From: Psilocybe cubensis
Taxonomy: Eukaryota
Length of the DNA stretch: 64,000 bases
Direction: 5' to 3'
NCBI GenBank assembly: GCA_017499595.2
Contig: CM038998.1
Coordinates: 4,464,001-4,528,000, forward strand
Position numbers and translations under genes: made by a program. The first letter of the stretch is position 1, and each line of letters begins with the position of its first letter. Below, piece after piece: positions 54,110 to 64,000 of this stretch. Below the pieces are notes generated by a model. It was not told the DNA's origin and searched no databases. It worked only from the letters and a program-made list of their open reading frames with translations.

Positions 54110-54771
54110 TCAGACTGTTGTCTTCATCTCGTCCATGCCTCTACGAAATCCACGTCTTTAACGAGGAAGCCCCGATCGTAAATAATGAAGTGGTTCCCGG
54201 TGCACTTTGTATAACCCGCCTTCCGGAGGTTGAAGGAGGGGAATTTTTGGCTAGTCTGGTGCTTAAAAACCACGAGGAGATTCTCCACAAGCGCTCCAGA
54301 ACCTGCTGGAACTGTGAGAGACCTGTAGTTGGTCTAACTCACCCTCCCACCTCGTTGCTCCACCTTCCAGATCCAACTGTGGCCAATTTTGTGCAATCCG
54401 TCTGTGAACTTGGTGGTGCATGCGACCACGCTGCGCGTCAAATGATGCACATGTACATGTCGTTAGCCACTTCAATGATGGTGGATCAGCCATTTAGATG
54501 GAATATAGGGGACGGCAGCAGGCAACAGCCGGATATCGATCAATTCCGGTTCTCTGCATGGTTGGTGTTAGACAGCAAATGCCGACAGACATTTTTCCAG
54601 TCACCCTCGTTTAAAGGCTCCGTTAGACAAGATAGTTTGAAACCTTCGACGGCGTTTTCCTTAAAATCCTTTGAGGAGTTCCCCAGAAATCTTTCAGGTT
54701 TGTCTTCAGAACCCATACAAAGCACCGCTTGGACGACCAATCATTCGGTGCGTATATTTGGGTTACACTAA
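54110..54771 (+). pseudogene. Degenerate tandem duplicate of the small Cys-motif protein at 54834
   Basis: YEIHVFNEEAPI..RTCWNCERP..VQSVCELGGACDHAARQMM aligns with the downstream copy. No ATG at the equivalent start, and the frame runs on past the partner's stop. Confidence 0.55.
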
Positions 54772-54833
54772 TTAACAACATGAACTAATACCTTGATAGC
54801 TACCCGAAAGCCTGCACGATCTAGTTACCAGCC

Positions 54834-55217
54834 ATGGCTTCTACACCAACCCGCCCCTTCCGATACGAAGTCCGTGTCTTCAACCAAGAGAGTCCCATCA
54901 TCAAGGAAGAGGTGGTTCCAGTTGCACTTTGCGTCGCTCGTCCTCCCGAAATGGAAACGAGGAGATTCCTTACCTCCCTTGTATCGAAGCATGACAGGGA
55001 TATTCTTAACATGCAACCAAGGACCTGTTGGAACTGCGATAAGCAGGCGATTGGTCTCACCCACACCCCGGCTTCTTGGCTTCACCTGTCCGACCCTCTC
55101 GTTTTGGATTTCGTGCAACCCGTCTGTGAAAATGGAGGCGCTTGCGACCAAGCCGCACGTCAGATGATGTACGAGGAGATGACGATGGCGACTGCTGCTG
55201 CTGCGACACGGGGATAG
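54834..55217 (+). CDS. Small intronless protein with CxxC..H..C-x5-C (putative Zn-binding)
   Basis: 127-aa ORF RTCWNCDK..THTPASWLH..VQPVCENGGACDQ. Coding supported by conservation with the adjacent paralog. Confidence 0.65.
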   Translation: MASTPTRPFRYEVRVFNQESPIIKEEVVPVALCVARPPEMETRRFLTSLVSKHDRDILNMQPRTCWNCDKQAIGLTHTPASWLHLSDPLVLDFVQPVCENGGACDQAARQMMYEEMTMATAAAATRG

Positions 55218-55600
55218 ATGCTGATTTGCTCCTGTAATCCAAACTTTGAAATGCCTTCGTATCATGAAGGGACTTGGATAATGTCGTCAATTGTGATATA
55301 ATCTCTCGACGGTGAAATGTATAATTAGTGTTTAGAATTGACCAAGAGCTACTAGTCCTTCTCGCGGCATTTTTTTTTTGGCACGACTGAAGCATTATTG
55401 TTGAATCTCAGCCATACCCTTTGAGTGACATAGACCATGTCTCGGTGGGGTGTGTGCCCAGGCTCAAGCTGGAACAGGCGAGTATAACTACGGTGAATAT
55501 AAGTAGATACGAGTATGGATGAAACATAATGGAAGAAAAAGAAATGAGGAAAGAAATGGGAAGTGGTAAGGGTGGGGAAGCAAAAAGAGCCTTAGGCAAG

Positions 55601-55684
55601 GCCTAACGAGCTATGTGAGTATGAAGAGAGATGTCTACAAGATCTATACGAGCCTAACGAGGTATGTGAGTATGAAGAGAGATG
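55601..55684. repeat. 33-bp direct repeat (1 mismatch)
   Basis: gcctaacgag(c/g)tatgtgagtatgaagagagatg at 55601-55633 and 55652-55684. Confidence 0.9.
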
Positions 55685-56220
55685 AGAAAAGGGGAGGGAA
55701 GCAGAAACGAGCGACTATATACGAGAGCACGAACAAAAGCCTTTGAGAACGCGACCTGCTGACATCTAATCTAATCAGCACGTCATGGACGCGCGCGACA
55801 GCTTTCCTCTCATAGACCCGGATCAAACTTATTTGATCAATGACATTCATGCGAGAGCAACTTAGTCATTGCCTACTAGTCATTAACCAAGGTAGATATG
55901 TCACCCAACACTTGTAGTCCGACTATTTTTGGAATGACGATGATTTTGCTAGGAATCTCTCTGCAAATTGGAAAAGTATGGTATAAATTTGCATTCCCAT
56001 GTTGAGCGCCTATTCTATGTAGCTAAATACGACTGAAATGATTTGCATATGTGTCGTACATGCTTACGCTTTGCAGGTAATTTGTAATACCAAATAAACA
56101 TTGTGTCAGATAGCTTGTTAATAACACAGATGAACTCGAGGAATATAAGATTCATGCCGCGAACTACCATCGCGTTCAAGACGCTTACCTCCACCATATA
56201 TTCCCTTACATATCATCGAA

Positions 56221-57708
56221 ATGCCTGTCGTACCTTCCAATTCTAACTCTCGTGTCCTCGTCACCGGCGCCAACGGTTATGTGGCTTCATGGATTGTTCG
56301 CACGCTTCTGGAGCAAGGATACATCGTCCGTGGCACCGTACGTTCGGCCAGCAAAGGGAAGCAACTGAAAGAAATCTTTGCTTCTTACGGTGATAAATTT
56401 GAGTGGGTCGTTGTGAATGATATAACAAAGGTATGACTACAATACTTTCATTTTATCTTCCCAGCTAAATCAGGGATTAGGATGGTATCTTGGATGAATG
56501 TGTGAAAGATGTGGATGCAATAGAGCACACCGCCTCTCCTGTCTGCCCAGAGAACCAAGAGGACCCTCAAGGCAAGTAGCAAAAAGCTTTCAATGCGGTT
56601 AAGGATTAAACTTTTGCTACAGAATATATTCGGCCGGCTGTTGAGGGTACTCTCAACATTCTGAAGAGCGCAATGAAATCTGGGTTAGTACTTCAGTCCT
56701 ATCAGTGATCTATGATGTTCTACCGTGTACTAGATCATCTGTGAAGCGCGTGGTCCTGACGTCTTCCGCGGCGGCTCTTCTGAGAACGTTTACTGGCTAC
56801 ACCGTTATCGACGAGACTTGCTGGGGCGATGAATACGTCAAGATTATTGAGGAGATCGGAGCGAAAGCTCCGTGGATTATAAAATATATGGCGTCGAAGA
56901 CATTAGCGGAGCGCGGTAAGTGGATAAAATTTGCCAAGCTAAAAGAAGCTTACAAAATCCTATTCAAGCCGCCTGGGATTTCTACGAAAAGCATAAAGCT
57001 AGCATTGGCTGGGAAATGGTTGTTCTGAACCCTACTCATGTAAGGAGATCTTCTTTCCTTTCGCCTCGCTATATATCTAATTTGTTCTCTTAGGTGTTAG
57101 GCGTAAGCTCTCATCAATAACTTGATACTCAATATCTGACATGTTAGAGAAAAGCCGTCCCTTCAAGACTTTGAAAAATTAGGAGAAGAAACACTATCCT
57201 TGCAGAGATGGTATAGCTACGCGTGCCTCGAGCAGTCAGACGACAATCTGAAATCGACCTGGGCGTATGTTGATGTCCGAGACGTGGCAGCAGCACATGT
57301 CGAGTCCATCAAAAAGGAAGCAGCAGGCGGAGAGAGAATCCTCCTTTCCGCTGGTGAGTCGGTTTTTTCTTGATTTCGTTGACCTTAATTAATTCTAACA
57401 TGCACTTCCAGACTCTTCTACATGGCAGGAAACACGTAAGCTCCTACATCAGTGGTATGGAATGTGATTTAGACCTAACTTTTAAACTAGGCAATTTGAT
57501 GTTTTCCCTCAGACCTGACCTATATAGAAAGGGACTGCTTTCCCGTGGTAACCCAGAGCTTAAATCCGAAGTTCTCCTGGTATTTAATTCGAAGAAAGCT
57601 AAAAATATATTGGGAATAGAGTACAGGAGCCTCCAAGAATCCACAATAGCGACTATAGAGGAATACGAGAAGAGGGGACTACTTGACCAAATACATCGTG
57701 TCGAGTAA
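56221..57708 (+). CDS. GRE2/Ari1-like NAD(P)-dependent reductase, copy 6
   Basis: VLVTGANGYVA, HTASP, KYMASK, YVDVRD. One GC donor at 56572. Confidence 0.9.
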
Positions 57709-57770
57709 AACTGTATTAGTTAGTTTAGAGGTATACGTTGTCAACTTTGAGATATTTGGGGATGCATGAT

Positions 57771-59279
57771 CTAAACTACCAGTCCTCTTGTTTCAAATGC
57801 TGCCAATGTGTCGAGTGTGGTCTCCTCAAGACTCTTGTAAGGAATATCAAGGATTCTCTGTGCTTTTTCGGTGTTGAAAATGGCCCTGATTTCTGGCTGT
57901 ATATCGGGCTTTCCAGGGAGAAGTCCTCCTGAAGCGTAGTACTGAGGCTTGGAGGCATAGAGTACGTTACCTATAATCAGAAATCGAGTCAGCATAATCG
58001 TCGAAATTGATATGTCAGAAGTAGTCGGTAACATACGTGTTTCCTGCCAGGTTGAACGTCCTTGATGGTCCATTTCAGTGCACCATCATTATGAATTGCG
58101 TAAGAAAAAGAAAATACCTCCTGACACGATGATTCGCTCTCCTCCAGCCGCTTCTCTTTTCAGAGATTTAACATGAGCGTTGGCGAGATCGCGGACATCG
58201 ATGTAGTTATAACTACTCCGAAGGATCTCATCCGGCTGCTCCTTGGCCATGTATTCGTACCATAGCTCTACAGAGCGCGTTACTTCTGACACAGCTTTGA
58301 AGTCTAGTAGTGGGGGCTGCCATGACCAATTAGTATACCCAACGGGATGAATAAGAAAGCAGGAGCTTACGCCGAGGACCTGTGAATGTCAATGATCAGC
58401 CAAGGTAAGGAGGCACGAACTGTGGATACTAACATGAGATGGATTGATCACAACAAGGTCCCATTGTAATTCCGCTTTATGGGTGTTGTAAAACTCCCAA
58501 GCAGCTGTGACTATATCTCAGCAGTTATCGCGTACAAGAATTGAAAGGCTTACCTCGCTCAGAAAGCACTTTCGAGCAAAAGTATTTATACACACTTGGA
58601 GCCTGTTTTCCTTGTTCTTCGATCAACTTAACCCATTCGTCACCCCAATCTCTTTCATCCAGAGCAGTAGGAGAGTCCAGGGGGCGAAGAATAGCTGCTA
58701 GTGAGGACGTAACCACAACACGCTTTACGTTTGTCCTAAATCACAATTAATATTTTTCCCCAGCAAGTTTAAAGAGTTACGTACCCATATTCGAAAGCGC
58801 TCTTTAGGATGCTTATGGTACCCTTTACAGCAGGTCCTATGTAGACTTTGTATTTTATCAGCTGGAGGATAGGTATACACAAAAACCCAATTTCACTTTG
58901 AGGGTCCTCGTAGGTATCAGTGTTACTTTCGGTAACTGGGGAGGCAACATGTTCGATCGCGTCGACATCTTTTACTATTTCGTCGAAGATTCCTTCCTAA
59001 AACAACAGATCCAGCCAGTCAATATGAACATCCCTGCCTCTTATAAAACTGCAACAAAAGATGGATTACCTTAGTAAAATCATCCACAATGACATACTCG
59101 AATCTATCCCCATCTGATTCGAAGACCTTCTTCAGCTGCTCGCCTTTATTTTGAGATCGAACTGTGCCCCGAACGATGTACCCTTGATCAAGAAGCGAGC
59201 GAACAACCCAGGCTGCGACATATCCGTTGGCTCCTGTAACAAGGACTCGTGCGTTTCCGTTGGGTAGAATGATGGGCAT
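57771..59279 (-). CDS. GRE2/Ari1-like NAD(P)-dependent reductase, copy 7
   Basis: VLVTGANGYVA, HVASP, KYFCSK, YIDVRD. Confidence 0.9.
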
Positions 59280-59847
59280 TGGCGTAATAATGTAGAAATT
59301 GCGATAGGGGTAGTAGGTGCAGAACGGAAGAGTCTACTTCTTCCCTTAAATACCCAAGCCAGTGAGTGAATAACCTCGTTGTGAGCTATAATATCTTTGC
59401 GCGTGAGATTCTGCGAGGCTCGAGAATCCCGGAGTCCAGTTTTAGGGGGCCGTAGTTATCGCGTCTTTCGGGTCCGTGTGACGCGATCACGAAATGACTC
59501 TGACAATCTTCAATCTTCAAGCTCCAGTCGCAGCATATAGCACCAAAAGCTTGTGACTCACCTATTTTCTCTACCTGGCTATCTAGTCATGTTTGGGAGT
59601 AAGCACTATTCGACATAGGTGTAACTGGGATATATCATAGCAATCCTGAAGGCAGCACTGGTTCAAGAACAGAAACACGATCGCACCAGTGACCCTGGGA
59701 AAGATTTTCAAAGTTGAAACTCAGACTCATCGTTCCGCCCCTCCAAAAATTTGCCACCATGCACATCTTTACAATTCAAACTCTGCTACTGATATACAAA
59801 GACTATCCTTTGGTACTTTGATTGCTTCCTTCTCACATTTGAGGGCA

Positions 59848-61192
59848 TCACTGAGGCGGGACATCCGCGATAGCAATGTTCAAATTAACTGGATCCTGAA
59901 GCTTGAAGTTTTTGCGGAATTGGATGTTAGTCTGGGGTCGGAAGATAAGGCAATGGGTGGATCCTCCAAAGTGGAACATTCCAAGCTGATCACCCTTCTT
60001 CACCGTGTCGCCACGCTTTACAGTTACTTCGCAGGTGGAAACCTCCGCCATACCAACCGCGACGAAGCACATAAGCCCTATGTTCTTGTTGTCGGCTTCG
60101 ATAAAGACAAGAGCTCGAGCAGCAATGGCGGTGATGAATGATTGCGACTCATTTGGACCAGCTGGGTCCGGGTCACCTTCGCCGAGGAAGCCAGTGGCTG
60201 GTGACTCGGCGTAGTAAGTACCTTCTATGTTGACCGTCTTCACAATCTTGCCGTTAACAGGGCTAGCCCATCGATGATAATTGGTAGCGCTTAAGAAGGC
60301 TTGCCAAATCGATCCGCCGACAAACTGTTCTGCGTACTCGTCGTTGTTGAGCATGTGAAATAGCGAGTATGGTTCGCATTTGAGCCAGAATTTGTCGTGC
60401 TTCTGAATGTTGGTCGCGGTCTTGTATAGGTTAGACTCGCATGCACTGTTGACAATAGAATCATCGTCGGGAGCTTCGACGGGACGTATGCCAGGTCTGA
60501 ACAGGCGGGTGAAGAAGTCGTCCCAGGACTGGAATCCCCAGTGAGGTAAGAATGGATCGCAAACATACGTGTTCACAAAGTCTGGCATTTTCTCCAAGGC
60601 ATCTGGACTGAGCCACCCCCCCGGGTTACTATTCAACACCCCTGCTGATTCGGTAGTACCAAGATAGGTTGACCATACTTTAAACATCTTGTGAAACATA
60701 GCGTTAACTTTGGGGTCGGTGAATGCTCTGAATCCGGCTGGGGTTCCCATGGGCCAATCCAGGATGGCGTTGATCGGGAAGCCGACCAGATCGTTGTCCT
60801 CATATTGAGGAGCTTCTCCAATAATCAAGTTGAAAAGATCCAACATCAAAATATAGTCCCGCACCTGCCATATGCATTTGAAATTTGTTAATATCATGAG
60901 TAAACGCCACTGAGCGACACACCTGGGGCTTGCCAGTTGGATCATTGTTGTATGGAGGCTTGGTAGGAACCTGCTCGAACATTTCATGGAACGCCATGTA
61001 TATCTCTGCGTTGTTCTCGATAAGGTGCTGGAACTCTTGGATGACGGGATCCCACTCGACTTTGTCTTGCCGACGGTGCTGAACAGCCTTGATTTTCTTC
61101 TCAAGCCAGGCTTCGAGGACACGTTGATCAGTGGGAAGCCAACCACCAACACGGTGGCGAACAGGTGTAAAACGATCGTAGTGATGGGGCAT
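59848..61192 (-). CDS. Phosphatidylserine decarboxylase-like / PsiD-family pyruvoyl-dependent decarboxylase, copy 1
   Basis: HRVGGWLP, LVGFPINAILDWPMGT, SWDDFFTR, ACES, YHRWASPVNG, GMAEVSTC, LGMFHFGGST autocleavage motif. One intron. Confidence 0.92.
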
Positions 61193-61243
61193 TGTCTGTG
61201 TACTCGAGGATGCTAGATTATGGATTTATGTTGGACACGAAGT

Positions 61244-61262
61244 GCTGCTATTTAAGCGCTAA
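61244..61262 (-). promoter_or_regulatory. Conserved 19-bp core-promoter (TATA-like TTAAATA) element shared by both decarboxylase genes
   Basis: gctgctatttaagcgctaa is identical at 61244-61262 and 63564-63582, 52 bp upstream of each ATG. Confidence 0.65.
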
Positions 61263-62163
61263 GGGTGATGTTGAATCGATACATTTCCCGCATGATTGGA
61301 CAAAGCCTCCATCGATATCTTCTATCATTCTTCAACAATGGAATCTCCTTGTTCACAAAAGTAAAGGTGTCACGAACATGGATAATGTGAGTGGCTTCGC
61401 CTTCTGTTCGCTGTATTGATACCAATCACAACGTCTTCTCTTACCATAATATGACAAGGCGAAATAGTACCCTGACTCAAAACTGTGAAGAACTCACAAC
61501 CCTCCAAGCTTTGCCTTCATTCCCAGTATATCACTCGATTTCAATGATACAGAACTTGTTACTGCAACTCATGACTGAGTATCTTTATACAGTTTAATAT
61601 GCTAGTAGCGTCTTATTAAAAATGGAACCTTCCATGAGTCATCCGACACGAACAGAACCGCAAACAATGAAATCCTTCAGGTGGCGCTGAGCCCTTGTTT
61701 TCGATTCTATTCGGTACGGTTGTGTTAACCGCCTGAGTATTTGTTCCAATACGGAATGTAAAATACTACTACTACGTGTTCAGAATAGTTTTGGTATCTG
61801 GGGCCCGTTAAATCTGGGGTTCTCGCCGCAGAGATCCCGTAATGTACTCTGCAGTCCAAAAGCAAATTAAAGCTTGAAGAGTAATTACTTGTTATCACAT
61901 GAAGATATCGAATAATAATCAGCTTGAAGAAATTGCAATATTATAAAAAAACATCTCCTACCGAACGGAATGCATCCTTTGATTGACAGATTTAGCTCTA
62001 GTAGCGGGTATATTAGACCCTCATTGCATCACTGAGTCATGAGCGACGACAGAATCTTTGTTTTATTGGTTATACACAATTTTGTAAATTTGTCACGACC
62101 ACTACTACACAAGGATTAACTTTGATTTGTTTTTTCATTTCTTCCGTCTTAGATTTGAGGGCT

Positions 62164-63512
62164 TTATTGAGTTACGACGTCCGCAATTGCAATGTTTAAG
62201 CTGACTTTATCGTTAACATTGAAGTTGCTGCGGAATTGAATGTTAGTCTCGGGTCGGAAAATGAGGCAATGAGTCGATCCTCCGAAATGGAACATCCCGA
62301 GCTGGTCACCCTTCTTCACAGTGTCGCCAGGTTGTACAGTTACTTCACAAGTGGAGACTTCTGCCATACCAACTGCTACAAAGCACATCAGTCCTATATT
62401 CGGGTTTGCGGCTTCGATAAAGATAAGAGCTCGAGCAGCGATGGCGGTGATGAAAGATTGGGAAAGGTTTGGACCGGCGGGGTCTGGGCCATCATCGCCG
62501 TAAAATCCGGTGGCTGGTGACTCGGCGTAGTAAGTACCTTGTATGTTGACCGTCTTCACAATTTTGCCATTGACAGGGCTAGCCCATCGATGATAATTGG
62601 TAGCGCTTAAGAAGGCCTGCCAAATCGACCCGCCGACAAACTGCTCTGCGTACTCGTCGTTGTTGAGCATGTGATAAAGCGAGTATGGTTCGTCTTTGAG
62701 CCAGAATTGGTCGTACTGTTGGATATCCTTCGCGGTCTTGTATAACGTGGACTCGCATGCGCTGTTAACAATAGAATCATCGTCGGGAGCTTCGACGGGA
62801 CGTATGCCAGGCCTGAACAAGCGGGTGAAGAAGTCGTCCCATGACTGGAATCCCCAGTGAGGTAAAGACGGATCGCAAATGTAAGTGTTCGCAAAGTCTG
62901 GCATCTGTTGCAATGCATCCGTGCTGAACCACCCTCCTGTATCGCTATTCAACACCCCTGCTGAGTCGGTGGTACCGAGATATGTCGCCCATACGTCGAA
63001 CATTTTGTGAAACATTTCATTGACTTTGGGATTGGTGAATGCTCTGAAGCCGGCTGGGGTTCCCATAGGCCAATCCAGGATAGCGTTGATCGGGAATCCG
63101 ACCAGATCGTTGTCCTCATATTGAGGAGCTTCTCCAATAATCAAGTCGAAAAGATCCAGCATCGTTATGTAGTCCCGGATCTGTGATACGCGTTTATAAT
63201 ATGTTACTAATTGCGCGTAATTGTCACTGAACGACATACCTGAGGCTGGCCAGTTGGATCATTGTTGTATGGAGGTTTAGTAGGAACCTGGTCAAACATT
63301 TGGTGGAATGCCATGTATATATCTCCGTCGCTCTCTATGACTTGCTGAAAATCTTTAATGACTTGGGCCCATTCATTAGGCAGTCGATTACGTTGCTTAA
63401 CCGCCTGCAGTTTCTTGTCCAGCCATGCTTCGAGGACGCGCTGGTTAGTGGGGAGCCAACCACCAACGCGGTGGCGAACAGGTGTAGTACGATCGTAGCG
63501 TTGAGAGGGCAT
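62164..63512 (-). CDS. Phosphatidylserine decarboxylase-like / PsiD-family decarboxylase, copy 2
   Basis: Same motifs and intron position as copy 1, with long identical stretches. Confidence 0.92.
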
Positions 63513-64000
63513 TTTCTGTGGAACTGTGGATGCTGGATTATGGTTTTCTCTTGAACGCAAAGAGCTGCTATTTAAGCGCTAAATTTTATGTAGATTCTAT
63601 TTTTTCTCGGAGTGGGTTAAGCTTCTTTTGATCTCCTCTGTCAGGTCTCCAAACACGGGATTCCTCAATCGAGAAGGTTTTGTCATGGGTGACCTCAGTA
63701 TTCACTAAATATAAGATTATCTCAATTCTACGGTCATATGTCCTTTCAATCAATCATCCGCGCCGTATTAGAAAGCTGGATAGTTGCTAAAGAAAGGGCG
63801 AGTAACTTTATGATGGAAAACCTGTTGGTTCTTGACGCTCCTCGTCTCCCAGGTGGAAGTTCCACGATGATTTGTTTTGAACAAGATGGCCACAATGTCA
63901 TTTTGAGGATTACAGAAACAGAAACAAAGTGCATCTATGAATCGTTTGTTGATTTTTTTGTTAGACTGCGTCGGCCTCTTGCGCGTCGGAGCCTCCGTAA

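Noticed and set aside
55601..55684. CRISPR-like repeat-spacer
   Set aside because: Only two copies, an 18-bp spacer, eukaryotic context and no cas genes; a simple local duplication.
59848..63512. Psilocybin cluster / true psiD
   Set aside because: Motifs fit the broader PSD-like clade, and no psiK, psiM, psiH or transporter gene is in the window.

Overview
Eukaryotic, intron-rich fungal DNA. The ~50-60 nt GT/GC-AG introns with CTRAC branch points and the gene families point to an agaricomycete mushroom (inference). The first 6.8 kb is the right part of a Plavaka/CACTA-type DNA transposon. It carries a divergent DUF6698-like gene and a multi-exon transposase with one nonsense codon, and ends in a CACTACAAC terminus at 6811. 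The rest holds seven paralogous GRE2/Ari1-like NAD(P)-dependent reductase (extended SDR) genes in three mini-clusters and two tandem PSD/PsiD-family pyruvoyl decarboxylases. It also has a U6 snRNA with an extra 3' UNCG hairpin, an intron-containing tRNA-Gln(TTG), RPL8 (eL8), ELP6, XPF/Rad1 and a LENG1/Cir_N-like gene. Other genes encode a hotdog thioesterase, F-box and BTB proteins, a kinase, a probable pseudokinase and several hypothetical proteins. Gene boundaries were spliced by eye and family calls rest on recognised motifs, not database searches.
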